NCBI RefSeq assembly: GCF_030144855.1 | Contig: NC_082731.1 | Location: 10,664,001-10,728,000 of the forward strand | Length of the DNA stretch: 64,000 nt | Source: Hypanus sabinus | Taxonomy: Eukaryota | Direction: 5' to 3' | Shown here: positions 1 through 14,453 of the stretch, in pieces | Position numbering within the stretch: the first letter of the stretch is position 1 | Layout: every line of letters starts with the position of its first letter | The notes under the pieces: model-generated | What the model was told of the DNA's origin: nothing | What the model saw: only the letters and a program-made list of their open reading frames with translations | Database searches by the model: none | Position numbers and translations under genes: made by a program

Positions 1-857
1 CTGCCAATGCAGTCGTATTCAGTAGGGAAGGATCGATGCTTAAGGGAGTGACCGGGAAGGATAATGTGTTTTTTTCCTCTCTGAACTCACAGAAGCGTTT
101 CCCAAACGATGTTTGCATTGCGATGATTGCAGAATGTAAATACTCCGAAATTATCATGTCGTGACCTTGTTTGAACTCTCTCAAATTGGGGAAGTGAGAC
201 AAAGTGCCTTTCTGTAAATCTCTGGCAAGCACTGTCAACTTGCGCTCGAATGCCAAAACATCCTCCAACATGTGCAGGGCTGTACGTCCTTTCCCCTGAA
301 GAGCTGTGTTCAGCGTGTTCAGGTGCGCTGTCATGTCTACCATGAAGTGTAGCTTTTCCAGCCACTCTGGCTGTTCCAGCTCAGGAAAGGTGAGCCCTTT
401 GCTGCCCAGGAAAGTTTTCACTTCTTCCAGACACGCGACAAAGCGTTTCAGCACCTTCCGTCTGGACAGCCAGCGATAAAAACACGTTGTAGCGGTGTCA
501 GTAAACTGCAGTCAAAGATAGCTTTATTCGAACTAAACAGCCTTGCTTTTAAGCCTCCCTCAACCCAGCCCCCATGGACGCAGATGCTGCAAAAGACGCG
601 TACTCACAAACCCCCGTAGGCTATCTCCCTTAGCCGGAATGCTGGCTAATTGTGAGCCGTTTCGGATGTGGCAGGAAATGTGTTGCTACACTTAGGTTGT
701 ACAAGATCACCATAATTACATTTCAAAAGCTAACAAACTAACATAAAATACATTTTAATTAAATACTGACCAATTATTTCCCAAAGCCACAGGGAGCCGC
801 AGCACAGAGGTGAAAGAGCCACAAATGGCTCGGGAGCCGCAGGTTGCCGACCCCCGC
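1..857 (-). mobile_element. hAT (SPIN/Buster/GTF2IRD2-like) DNA transposon, internally deleted, runs off the left edge
   Basis: Minus frame about 1-475 reads RWLSRRKVLKRFVACLEEVKTFLGSKGLTFPELEQPEWLEKLHFMVDMTAHLNTLNTALQGKG..., typical of these transposases. TIR-like GGGGGTCGGCAACCT at about 841-856. Confidence 0.85.
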
Positions 858-3800
858 GCTAGGTGGATGGCACACATTCCACATCATCCCTTATCTTCAA
901 CAATAACCCAAACAGGTTGTAGGCAGAACAGCAACCCTTACAGAACTACTAAATGAAATACCTACAGCATAACAGTAAAAATGTGAACTAAGGCATTACA
1001 CTTGTGGCAGTACTCCTTGTAAATGGTGGGGAGGGCTTTGCTTCTGATCAACAGAGCTGTATCCATGAATTTCTCTACACCTTTCCATTTAAAGGCATTG
1101 GTGTTTCTATATCAGGCCGTGATGCAACCAGTTAGGGTACTCTTCACTGCACATCTATGGAAATTTTATCAGAGTTTTAGATGACATATTGATTTGACAC
1201 AAACTCCTAGGAAAGTAGAGGCAATGTTATGCTTTCTTTGTGATGGCATTTATGTGCTAGTCTCAGGACAGATCCTCTGATATGGTAACGCTGATTAATT
1301 TGTTCCTGATCCTTGCTACTTCAGAACACCAAATGAACATTGACTCACAGACCTCTGGCTTTTACCTCCTGTAATTGATAATCAGCTCTTTGGTTTTGCT
1401 GATGTTGATTAAGTGTTTATTGTCATTGCACCATTCAAATAGATTGAGTGTTTTATGGCAGGGATGTTTTGATAAACAGCATTTTGTTTATTATATATCG
1501 AAGCTTAAGGCCCTTTATTTCGCGTGCTTTGCTGATTGAGTTAATTATATTGTGGAGCTTGGCCTCTAAACTTTCTGCATAGTGCAACTTAATGGCTGAG
1601 ATTGGGTAATGTTGGTTCTGCAATGGAAGGGATGAAGGCTGAACAGTTTCTCATTCTTCCTGTACATGAGTTCCAGATTGTTAGGAAGGTTGTTGGAAGT
1701 GAGATAGTTATAGAGTAATACTGTATGGAAATAGACCCTTCAGCTCACCTGGTTCATGCCAACCATATCATAATCCCTGCTGGTCACTGCTGGTTGTCTG
1801 CATTCCACAACTCTCCAAACTCTCCAAACTCTCACTTCCATATCCTTTTGGAGAGAAGAAGGATGAGAGGTGATGATAGAACTGTACAAGATGGTAAGAG
1901 GCATAAATCAAGAGGACAACCAGAGACTTCTTATAAAAGCAGAAATTGCTACTAGGCAGAAGCATATTTTAAAGTGATTGGCATTTGTTCTTTTACACAG
2001 AAACTGATGGATGCATGGTGGCCTTTTCCTGAGGTGGTGGTGGAGGCAGATATATTACGAGCATTTAAGAAACTCTTAGACATATGGATCATAGAAAATA
2101 TTGGACAATATAGGAAGAGAAAGGTTAATTGACCCAAGAGTAGGTAGAATAATTGGCACATCATCGTGGGCCCAAGGGACTGTACTATGCTGTGACGTTC
2201 TATACTCAGTGGTCACTATTAGGGACAGAACTTGCCCAATATAAAGCATCCACTGAATGCCTGTTCATAGCCTTATGCTGCTGCAGCTGCCCACTTCAAG
2301 GTTTGACAAAGATTAGGGTCCGTTCATTGAATAAGAAATTCGAGTGTCAGTTCTGGATTTAGCCTGGAAGAGGATGCCATCATTAATTCACTTATTTTGC
2401 TCTTGAAGTTTGATGATATTGTTGAGGCATCATTGGCTGTGCCTTAAGTGCATTGTGGCACTCCTGACTCTCTCCATGGGGAAGCCATTGCAGTGCAGTT
2501 GGGAGTGGTCAGTTTGCACCTTCCTGAAGACCACAATCATTTGCTGGATTACTACGAGCAAAGACATAAATATTGAAGGTCTCAAAGGCACCACAAACAT
2601 AACTCTTCTCTGATATCACCTCACAATCTTACTAGCCCCACAACAATTTCAACACTGACTGCACAAGCTGAAATCCAATATCATTAGCACCTGAAACAAA
2701 CTCTTTAGTTTAAAGAGAATGATCAAGAGTGAATTAACGGCAAGCACATTGGGTTCCTAAATTAGATGCCCCACTACAGCTGGAGGAAGTACAGAAGCTC
2801 CACTTGCAACAAAGTGGAGGTTCAATATATAATCTACATTGAAAGAACAGGGGCTAATTGGACAGCAAGCAGGACATCTAACAACCTGCTAATAACCTCA
2901 AGATATGCTGAATAACGAGGGGCCTGGACAGAGTTCCTGTGGAGAGGATGTTTCCAGAGGTAGGGGAGTCTCAGACCAGAGGGCACAGATCTGAAATAAG
3001 GGCATCTGTTGAGAGCAAGGATGAGGGGGAATTTCTTTTTCCAGAGAGTGCTGAATCTGTGGAATTCATTGCCACATGTAATTTTGGAGGCCAAATCATT
3101 ATATATGTTCAAAGTGGAGGTGATAGGTCCTTGATTAGTAAGGGTGTCAAAGGTAACAGAGAGAAGGTAGAAGAATTAGGTTCAGAGGGATAACAAATCA
3201 GCCATGATGGAATGGCAGAAGGTCTCAATAATGCAAATGGCCTATTTCTGCATCTGTGTCACACAGTTTCATAGTATGGATTCCTCAACACCATCAAGAC
3301 ATTGATAATCCAAAAACATACGGATCCATGCCATTGAGAGTCAAAACATACTGAACAGCATGTACTACGAGGCAGTTATTACACATGGGAATGCAAATTT
3401 TGAATAGCTCATCAGCACAATTCTATCTTTGACATGAGGGTCTCTGGTTCCACTGCATGGAAAACTATCTTTTCTAACCCAACTGTAGCCTAAGGCTATC
3501 TTCCTCACAATGTGGAGTAACCTTTCATTTGTCAAAGGTTGCTGTAGAATGACATTGTGAATTCAAGCAATCTGACCTCATCATAACCAACAATAGACTG
3601 AAATACTCCAAGGTTGCATTATCATCACAACACTCTTCTGGATCCTTCTTGCATTAATACTACACCTGGCTTCCAGCAGCTGTCTAAATGCATGAGACAT
3701 TAGAACTAATTACACACGAAATGGAGAACTGTTCCATCACATTGCCTCTAGGTGAGGAAGGATTTGGGAAAAGCAGCTCCATTGGATTTCTGTTGTCTTT

Positions 3801-6800
3801 GGTAGCCAACACCAGAACCAAAATCATTGTAACCATGCTGCACCATGCAGATGACACTTGAATATACACATGTTAAGAGGACAAGCTCCAAGCTGTCACC
3901 AGCTTCTTCAGTGATGTATGTATGAGTATAAGTGGGCCTTATTATTGCAATCCATGAACCAGACATCTTCTGCTGATGTACATCCACTGATTAACAACAG
4001 GCCCCTGACAATAAACTTCCATGAAAAATCACTGGAAAATGTGGTCTTCCTACTTCTTTGCAGCTGCCTTGAAGGGAAAGGCAGACTTTAACAATCATCA
4101 CTTTCATAATTAACAGTCATTGGGCATTGAAACAAATGGGAGGGGAAAAAGTAAGACTTGAAACTTTGTTGAAGCTCATGACCTACAGAACAGCAGTGGG
4201 CCCTGTTTTCCAGTAGACTGAGACTGAATCTACTGAAAGCTGGCACCACAAAGCACTTAAGGCATCGCCAATGCTGCCTCAATAATGTCACCCGACTTCA
4301 CCTGCACAGTAAGGGAATCAATGATGGCATCCTCTTCCAGGTTAAATCCAGCACCGAGCCTCTAATTTCAATAATCTTGCTTCAATGAACGAACCCTAAT
4401 TATTGCCACGCCTCTTATACACACACACATGTTCTATTACAACAAGAGGATAGCAGGAAAACAGGAAATAGTTCAAGGATATGTGACGAGAGTCCTTAAC
4501 AAGGATGGTTTGGACACAAATGCTGGAGTATCTAAAGCAAGGTTCAAGACACGGTATCAAACTGGATTGAGAACTGAGCGCAAAACAATATCACTAGTAG
4601 GGCTTATGATTATGCACTGAACCTGCATTGAGATGCTATTGAAATACTTAATTATTGGCACTCAAAGCATGATTAGCAATTCCCACGATGTTTCTGAACA
4701 TTTAGACCTCTGCGGCAGCTATCCACATTCTGGAGAGTTAGAGCGACTGAACCTGGGAAGCTATTATGGTTGGCTACGCTTCATAACAAGATATTCCCAA
4801 AGAGTGCAATGGGAAGAGCTGGGGCTGTGAGGGGCTGCTGTGCTGAGGGATAAGGGTTAGGAATAGAGTCAGGAGGTATAAGAGGTTTCATAATCATGGG
4901 GAGAGTCAAATACTTATTGATTTTCAACAACTGCGGAAAGGGGCAGGAGAATTTGTGCAGCACAAGATCCAAGTTAGAACTTCTAAACTGGAGGAAGAGA
5001 GTTTTTACTGCTGTAGTGAACTATTTTGAGTAAACAATTTGTTAAAATTAACAATCTGCACCAGGTAAAGTGATTCTGTTATTGGGGCAGATAATGCTGG
5101 TTTTGTTGTGATTGGGTATAAGCACCAATGCAGCTCCTTTCCGTAGATGGAAAATGAGTGCAATTCCACTCCTCGGTACAGAGCCTAGAGCTTTATCCAG
5201 GATCGTGACATGTTTTGTTGATTCAAATGAAGAAATCAAGCTGCTTTAACCAGGAGCAGACTCCTTTAAGTAAATTCTGCCTCTCACTGTTTATCAGACA
5301 AGAAAATTTAAAAGTCTACAGAAGAATTACAGTCAAACTTGAAAGAAGAGAAAACTGAACCTCAACTTTAATCAGTTCAGTAAATGAAACTCATTGACAG
5401 GGGATGGAAATATAAGTGACTGGTAACTGAAACAAATATGAAAATATGATTCAATAGGGCTGTGCATCTTGGTTCCTTTCCTTGGTTCTAGGACCATTGA
5501 GGCACCTTGACACAGACACTGTTGTTTTGGTGAAAAAACAATGAAAAAAAATCTTGTCTGTGATTATTTGTGAGAGAGTCTGGAGATGCTGGAAATCCTG
5601 AGCAAAATGCACACAATGTGGAGGAATTCAGCATGTGAGGCAGCATCTGTGAAGGGGAGTAAACAGTGGATATTTCGGGCTGAGATCCTTCATAATGTAC
5701 TGCATGTTCACTCACCTGCTGCAAACAACACCCTTGGCTTAAAGTTCACTGTCAACATACACCACATTGTCCTCTGCCACAAGAGCACAAGAAGTACTTT
5801 GGACATAGACCAGTACAACACAGGCCCTTCAGCACATCATGCAATCTTAACTAATCAAATTTGTGTGCGTGGACTATATCTTTTCAATTTCTGTCTGTTC
5901 ATGCTTCTGTCTAAATGTCGTTCAGATATTAATAATTGTAGCTGCTTCCACTACTTCCCCAGCAGTGCATTCCAGGCAATTATCATCCATGGAAAATAAT
6001 CTAAAAAGGTAAAGATCTTTTAAGATTAGCTTTATTTGTTACATGTGCAGCAAAACATTGAAACATGCAGTGAAATATGTTGTTTGCATGAATAACATAG
6101 TCCAAGCATGTGCTGGACATGAAAGTGTCACCATGCTTCTGGTGTCAATATCACAATACAAAAACCTATTAACACTAATCCATATGTCTTTTACATGTGG
6201 GTAGCACTGTAATAAAATTAAAACCTCTTTTAAACTTCCCATGTCTCAACTTAAAGCTATGTCCTCTCACATTTGACATTTCAACCATGGGAAAACACTT
6301 CGACTATCTGCCCTATCTATGTTTTTAATAATTCTATATGTCCATCAAATCACCCCTCCAATCTGATTCTCCAGAAAAAATATCCCAAGTTGTCCAAATT
6401 CTCTCTAATCCAGGCAGTATCTTGGTGAACTTCTTCTGTCTTTTCTTCAAAGCCTCCACATTCTTTTTATAATGTGGCAACCAGACTGTTTGTAATATTC
6501 TAAATGTTATCTAGATCACTTCTGATCTGGTTCCTTCCCACTGATATCAAATGCCCTCTGGCACTTTGACCTTTTTCTAATTGCAGGCTCATCTTTACTA
6601 TGGACATAGAATTCCTGTACATTTCCAACCCGTACATGGGTTTTCCTAAAGCCTGTCTGTTTACAACCAGGGCAGCGGCCCACCCAGTTGTTCTCTACCT
6701 GTGCAATCATTCACTTGAGCAAGCTTGTTCTCACACTGAACAATTTCCTGTACATCAATTGATTCGCTGAGGAGGAGAACTTCACACAGGTTGGGGAGAA

Positions 6801-6864
6801 GAGTTGAAAAAGTAGCGTTTTGCAGGGCTCGGTGCATTAGTGGTGGACCAGTCAATTTGCGATT

Positions 6865-9598
6865 CATCAGCAGGAGCAAATAAAGTAAAGCAGTGGATCA
6901 GTATAAGAAGAGGAACTTGAGGCTTTGGCTCAAGAGGTTTTGGCGAGGAGGCACAGGTAAGTAGTAGGTAAGGCTTTTGTACTGGTTTAATAAAAAAGTC
7001 ACTAAATTACAGCCAATTAAATAAAGTGGGGATGATGCAGAATCAGGTGATGTGGTGTAGCTTCATGATGTGGGAGCTGGTGGACCCCAATGTGGTTCCC
7101 GGAGATTACATCTGCAGCAAGTGTTGGCAGCTCAACGAACTGGTGTTCAAAGTTGTTGACCTAGAATTTCAGCTTCAAACACTGTGTCACATATGGGAGG
7201 GGGAGAGTTACCTGGATTCTCTGTTTTAGGGGGTTGTCACACCCATCAGATTAGCTGCCTCAAATTCAGTCTATGGTCAGGAACAGAAGGATGTAACTGC
7301 GATTGAGGTGGGTAGTGGATCCAAGAGACAGGGCTGGAGGAACCTCAACCCTTGAGCTTGTTCGGCAGGTTTGAGATTCTTGCTCCCTGTGTGGATGAGA
7401 GTGGGGGCTGTAGGAAGGATGAGGAACGTAACTGGCATCATTGTTTTGGAAGACATTCATGGGTGGAGGGGAAGAAGAGAAAATGTAGTGGTAATTGGGG
7501 ATAATATTGTCAGGGGAATACACAAAGTTCTCTTTTGTGAGGATAGATCATCCTGAAGGCTATGTTGCCTGCCTGGTGCCCGGGTTTGGGACATCTTATC
7601 TGACCTGCAGAGGAATTTGCAGTGGGAGGAGAAAGATCCAGTTGTCATCGTTCATGTGGGTACCAATGACCTCCTAGGTAGAATGAGGAAAGAGGATCTG
7701 CTGAGGGAACGAGCAGCTAGGGAGTAAATTACAATGCAATGTGCAAATTGGCCTAGGGGCAAGAAGATTAGAGAGTTAAATGTGTGGCTCAAGGATTGAT
7801 GTGGGAGAAGTGTATTTGAGTTCATGGGAAATTTGCACCAGTATTGGGGAAGGAGGGAGCTGTACCAATGGGACAGGCTCCACCTGAACCATTATGAGAC
7901 CTGGATCCTAGCAAATCACATAACTAGGGCTGTGGTTAGAGCTTTAAACTAAATGGTAGAGGATTGGGTTCAACAGATTGGAGAAGTATCGATAAAGCAA
8001 AAGAAAAGTTTGGATAAAGAATAAGACAAAAAGATTTTAAAATAGAGAAAAGTAAGAGTGGAGTGATGAAAAGTCAAGTGCAAGGGAGTAAGAGATTACA
8101 AGATTTTCAAAGCACAATGAGTGTAAGGACACTTAATTTGAATGGCCATCATATTTGAAATGAGGTTAGTGAATTTACGGCATATATCCCTGCAAAGGGG
8201 TATGATTTAGTGGCCATTACAGAGACGTGGTTGCAGGGTGGAGATAATTGGGAATTAAATATCCAAGGAGATAAGGTAATACGGAAGGATGGGCAGGAAG
8301 GTAAGGGAGTGGAGTAGCACAGTTAATTAAAGATGAGATCAGAGCAATGGTGAGAGACAATATAAGATCTAAGCAGTAGAATTTTGAATCCATCTGGGCA
8401 AGGATTAGGAAGAGTAAAAGGAAAAAAAAGTCACTGGTGGGAGTTGTCTGTCGGCCACCGAATTATAACATTACAGCGGCACAGGGGTTAAATAGAGAAA
8501 TATCAGAGGCATGTAAGAATGGAACAGCGATTATCATGGGGGACTTTAATTTGCACATAGATTGGGTGAATCAAGTTGGTCGAGGCAGTCTTGAGGAGGA
8601 TTTCATAGAATGCATCCATGATGGCTGTCTTGAACAGCATGTTACTGAACCTACAAGAGAATGTGCTATCTTAGATCTGGCCCTGTGCAATGAGACAGGT
8701 AAAATTAGTGATCTTGTAGTTAGGGATGCTCTTGGAAAGAGTAATCACAGTATGATTGAGTTTCTCATACAAATGGAGGGTGCAATAGTTCAATCTGAAA
8801 CCAGTCTGTTATGCCAACACAATGGAGACTGTATGGTGGGAAGGTTGAGGAACAGTGGAAGACTTTCAAAGAGAATTTTCATGGTGCTCAACAAAAGTAT
8901 ATTCCAATTAAAACCAAGGACTGTAAGGGTGGGAAGAACCAGCCTTGAATAACTAAGGAAATAAAAGAAAGCATCAAACTAAAAGATTGTGCATAGAAAG
9001 TCATCAAGTGTAGAGGGAAACTGGAAGATTGGGAAAACTTTAAAAAACAACAAAGTACCACTAGGTGAGCAATGAAGTAAGGGAAGTGAGAGAATGAAAA
9101 TAAAGTTGCACAAAATATTAAAAAAATGGATAGTAAGTTTTTTTTTATAATTATACAAAGAAGGGTGGCTAGAATGAACATTGATACCTTAGAGAATGAG
9201 AAAGGGGAATTAATATTGGGCAATAAGGAAATGGCAGAGGCTTTAACTGACTATTTTGTGTCAGTCCTGATGGTGGAGGACACATCAACCATGCCAGAAA
9301 CAAATGTTATGGCAGCGATAGCTATCACTGAAGAGGTAGTGCTGAGCAAATTTGTGGGCCTGATAATAGATAAGTCCCCTGTCCTGATGGAATGCATCTC
9401 AGGGTACTAAAAGAAATGGCAAAGTTATAGTAGAGGCTTTAGTGATAATTTACCAAAATTCTCTGGACTCTGGGCTGGTCCCGGCAAATTGGAAGAAGGT
9501 GAATGTCACAGCACTGCGCAAAACAAGGATGTAGGGGAAAGACAGGTAACTATTAGCCAGTTAGTTTAACATCTGTAGTTGGGAAAATGCTTGGAGCT
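6865..9598 (+). mobile_element. CR1 LINE, degraded (ORF1 zinc-finger/esterase, endonuclease, start of RT)
   Basis: ORF pieces CSFMMWE...YICSKCWQL, VVIGDNIVRG, IIMGDFNLHIDW and DKSPVL, with stops and frameshifts. Confidence 0.85.
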
Positions 9599-9599
9599 G

Positions 9600-9830
9600 T
9601 GCCGCCTCGCCACCCATGATTTAACCCCTGCCTAATCATGGGACAATTTACAATGACCAAGTAACCAGTCCATCTTCGGACTGCAGAAGGAAAACTGAGC
9701 ACCCAGAGAAAACCCATGCTTTCCATGGAGGGGATGTACAGACTCTTTGAAGCTGACTTCAGATTTGAAATCCGACCTCTGATGCTCCAAGTAGTAATAG
9801 CCTTTTGTGAACTGCGACACTGCCGTGATG
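9600..9830 (-). mobile_element. V-SINE/HE1-like SINE
   Basis: Reverse complement contains the V-core-like GGGTTTTCTCTGGGTGCTCAGTTTTCC motif. Confidence 0.6.
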
Positions 9831-10339
9831 CCTTATTAAGAGGTATTGTTGATAGTAAACTCTATAGGGAGATCTTCATCAATTAGGGAGGTGGGCTGGT
9901 GAATGGTAAATTGTCTTCAATAGAGTATTGGTAATTATGGAAAGTTAAACCAGTGTAGGATATTTATTATTAATGATTAGGCAAAAGGTCTGTAACGAAT
10001 ACAGGATCCAAGTAGTAAAATTGCATAGCTCATTGAAAGCAACTTCATGGGCCGACAAAGTGACATAGCTCATTTTTCCTTAGCCTTTGCACTATAATTT
10101 CCTTTCCAGTAAATATTATTTCATTATTCATTAATAATCTCACTCATCTCCTGTGCCTCCACACATAGACCACCATACTATCTTTATCTCCCTATTTACC
10201 CCCCTGTATTTCTTCACATCTCTGAAAAATCTCTTGGGATTTTCCTTAAACGTGCCCTCCAGATCAGTTTCATATTATCTTTTTATCCCTGGCACCAGGC
10301 CTCGAGCTTTTCCAGCTTCTCTTGGTGGGCCATCTCCTC

Positions 10340-10700
10340 ATTGTTGCCGATGAGCTTCACCAGTCGGCAATATGATTACTAGGGTGTTTAGCCATGCAGT
10401 CATGTGTGAGCAGATTGTACAACAACAGGCTCAGCACACAGCCTTGGGGTGCACTCGTGTTGAATATGATAGGGAGGGAGGAGCAGTTGTGCATCATGAC
10501 TACCTGAGGTCTGTTAGTTAGGACATACAATACCCACTTGCAGAGTGATGTATTTAGACCGAGGGATAGGAGTTTGCTCACCAAGGTAATTGAGCTTTGA
10601 GAAGTGAGCAATGCACACATCAGAAGTTTGAGAGACGGAGTTTTCACTGAGATTGTGGCAGCATAATTGACTTTTGACCAGCGACCAATCCGCATTTAGG
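10340..10700 (-). mobile_element. Rex1/Babar-type LINE RT fragment
   Basis: ORF 10357-10695 contains NTSAPQGCVLSLLLYNLLTHDC. Confidence 0.75.
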
Positions 10701-10899
10701 ATTGATTAGCAAGAGTAAATTAAAGGACGGCAGGGGCATGTGCAGGGGCCATCATCCGAGCAGACAAAGTCAGAGTAGTGATCTTAAGGCTTTTGCTTTT
10801 CGAGGCTTCATTCAGAGAAATCAAAGAAAAGGAAAGTTCTGTGTTACATTTTTTTTCTTACCTTCTTTATTTCTGCTCAGTTGGAAATAGAAATACCAG

Positions 10900-12310
10900 G
10901 CCGGGTAGTTGAATGCTTCTCGTGGGATGAGGGAAGGCAGGGAGACCACCAGTGTCCCTGACGTCAACATTTGTGGGGGTGTATTAGGCTGCAGCTTCTA
11001 ACAATTCACGTCAGGGATTTGGAGCTGGAACTGGATGAACTCCGGATCATTGATGAGGCTGCAGGGGTGACATATAGGACATATAGAGAGGTAGTTACAC
11101 ATAAGGTGAAGGACACAGGAAACTGAGTGACGATCAGGAAGGGGAAGGAGGTGATGGAGTTAGTGCAGAGTACCCTTGTGGCCATCCCTGTCAAAAACAG
11201 GTATGTCACTTTGGATACTGCTGGGGGTGGGGGTTGAGCTAAGAGAGGAACATCGTAGTGGTCGGGTCTCCGGCACTGAGTACTGCTCTATGACAGAAGG
11301 GAAGGGGGCAAGTGGGAGAAGAAGCATTCAGCAGTTGCAGGGGATTTGTTAGGGGATTGGACAGGAGTTTCTATGGACGAGAATGAGATTCCTGGATGGT
11401 ATGTTGCCTTCCAGGTGCCATGGTCCATGATACGTCGGATTGAGTCCGCAGTATTTTTAAGTGGGAGGGTTAACAACCAGAGGTTATGGTCCATGTAGTA
11501 CCAATGACGTGGGTAGGACGAGTGACAAGGTTCTGCATTGGGAGCTCAGGGAGTTAGCTGCTAAGCAAAAGGGCAGGATCTCCTGGGTGTGATCTCCGGA
11601 TTACTGCCAGTGCTACGTGCTAGTAAAGCCATAACTAGAAAGATTATATTGTTTAACACATGGATAAAGAGTTCGTATAAGAGGTAGCATAAGATTTTTG
11701 GATCATTGGGCTGTCTTCCAAGGAAGGTGAGATCAGTATAGTAGGGACAGTTGGAACTTGAACTGAAGGGGGATTAATATCCCAGTGGGAATGTTTGTTA
11801 ATGCTGCACGATGGTCGTTAAAATAGAGTTGCAGAGGGATGGGAAACAGAATGCCAAAAGGGTTGTTGAAGAGGCTGTCGAGGCAGATGTTGGTCAGACT
11901 TCAGATAATTTAGGAATCAATAATTTATCATGGTGCAACATGTGTCCTGAGCTGCATGTGTTTAAATACAAGAAGTGTTGTAGGAAAGGCAGTGAGCTCA
12001 GGGCATGAATTAACACCTGGAATTATGATGTTGCAGTCATTAGTGAGAATTGGTTGCTGGCGGAGGCATAACTGGCAGCTCAAAATTCTGGAGTTCTGTT
12101 GCTTTGGATGTGACAGATTTGCAGGGATTAAAGGAGGAGGGGTGTTATTACTACTCGTGGGAATTGTCATGGCAGTGCTCTGTCATGTCAGACTGGAGAA
12201 TTTGACTAGTGATGTAATATAGGGGGAGCTGAGAAAAAAGAAAGGTATAACCATGTTAATGGGGCGATATTACAGAGCACCCAATCGTTCTTGGAATTTG
12301 GAGGAAAAAA
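10900..12310 (+). mobile_element. CR1 LINE 5' part (ORF1 and start of endonuclease), degraded
   Basis: RDLELELDELRII-type ORF1 fragment followed by CLNTRS...YRAPN endonuclease fragments. Confidence 0.7.
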
Positions 12311-13635
12311 TTTGTAAAGAGATAAGACCATACGAAATAGGAGTAGAATTAGGCTATATGCCCTGCTCTGCCATTTCATCATGTCTGATCCAATATTTCT
12401 TAGACCAATCTCAAACCTTTTGCCCATATGTCTTCATTCCATGACCAATCAAGAATCTATCAATGTTTGGCTTAAGTATGCATAAAGACTTTGCCTCCAC
12501 AGGTGCCGGTGGCAAAGTATTCCACAGATTCTCCATTCTCTGGCTAAGGAAATTTCTCCTCATCTCTGTTCTAAAAGGACAGGCTCTATTCTGAGGCTGT
12601 GTCCTCTGGTCTTAGACTATCCCACCATAGGAAGCCGCCTCTCCACATCCACTCAATCAAAGCCTTTCACTATTTGATAGGTTTCAATGAGATCACCGCT
12701 CATTCTTCTGAATTCCAGTGAATAAGGCCCAGAGCCATCAAATAATCTACAAATCGCACACCATTCAATCCTGGAATCACTTCTGTGAACCTCTTTTGAT
12801 CCCTCTGTGTTTCAGCACATCCTTTCTAAGGGGTGCGGAACTGCTCCAAATGCTCCAATTTGCTCAAAGGTAGTTTATAAAGTTGAGACTTTTTGTATTC
12901 TGGTCCTCTTGAAATTAATTTCAACATTGCAATTTCCTTCCTCACCACAGACTCAACCTACAAGTTAACATTTAGGGCATCCTGCAAAAGGATTCCCAAT
13001 TTCCTTTGCACCTCAGTTTTTTGTATTTTCTCCCCATTTAGAAAATAGTCAACCCTTTCATTTCTTCTAACAACGTGCATGAACATACACTTCCCAACAC
13101 TGTACTCCATCTGCCACTCCTTTGCCCATTCTCCTAATCTATCCAAGACACTCTGAAGCCTCTCTTAATTCCTCAAAACTACCTGCCCCTTCTCCTATTT
13201 CATATTGCCTGCAAACTTTGCAGCAAAGCTATCAATTTAATCATCCAAATAATTGACTATACTGTAAAAAGAATTGGTTCCAAGACAGACCCTTGTGGTA
13301 CACCACTGGATACCAGCAGTCAGCCAGAAAATGCTCCCTTTAGTCCCACTCTTTGTCTCCTGCAATTCAGCCACTGCTTTATTCATGTTGGTATATTTCC
13401 TATAATACCAAGGGCTCATAACCTAAGAAGCTTCATGTGTGGCTCCTTGTCAAAGGACTTATGAAAATCCAAGTACACTACATCAGCCGATTATCCATTG
13501 TCTATTTTGCCTGTTATTTCTTCAAAGAATTCTATCAGATTTGCCAGGCAAGATTTTCCCTTGAGAAATCCATGTTGACTATGGTCTATTTTGTCATGTT
13601 CCTCCAAGTACCATAAGACTTCACCCTTCATAATT
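12311..13635 (-). mobile_element. CR1 LINE RT/3' end, degraded
   Basis: ORF 12958-13146 (DRLGEWAKEWQMEYSVGKC); CR1 3' tail near 12315. Confidence 0.8.
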
Positions 13636-14310
13636 GTTGGGTGTGGCATCACAGGCAGATAGTGTCAGAAAGAAAGGTTTTGGTACTTTGGTCTTCATAA
13701 ATCAATGTACTGAGTACAGGAGATGGGATGTCATGTTGAAGCTGTATATGATGTTGGTGAAGACTAATTTGATGTACTGTTTCAGTTTTGGTCATCACCT
13801 ATATGAAATATGTAAACGTGGTTGAAGGAGTGCAGAAGACATTTACAAGAATGTTGCTGGGTCTGGAGGACCTGATTTAAGGAAAGATTGATTATGTTAG
13901 GACTGCATTCTTTACAACATAGAAGGTTGAGGGGTTATTTAATGGGGGTATAAATATTATGAAGGGTATAGATAGGGTAAGAGCAAGCAAGCTTTTTCCA
14001 TGGATGTTGAGTGGGACTAAAACCAGAAGTCATGGGGTTACGTGTGAAAGGTGAGAAGTTTGAGAACATCAGAGGAAACCTCCTCACTCAGAGAATTGTG
14101 AGAGTGAGGAATGAAATGCCAGCGCAAGTGGTGCATTTGAGCACCATTACGATGTTTAAGAGAAGTTTGGATAGGTTCGTGGATAGTAGGGATATGGATG
14201 GCTATGTTACTGGTGCGGGTCCATGGGAGTAGGAAGTTTAAATGGTTTTGTCATGGACTAAATGTGTCATGGGGCCCATACCTGTGCTGTAATTCTTTAT
14301 GACTCAAGGA
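13636..14310 (+). mobile_element. CR1 LINE 3' fragment
   Basis: EYRRWDVMLKLY and RVKGEKFENIRGNLLTQRIVRVRNE fragments. Confidence 0.8.
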
Positions 14311-14453
14311 TGTTTGGAGTAATACTGTTGAATAGCTAAATCCAGAAGAATCATTGGTGGCTTTCTACGTGTGACAGGCCACGAAGCATGACCGATGCTT
14401 TGTCATCTATCACAGCTGTTCTGTTGGTGAGTATTCAACATGGCAAAAATTGT

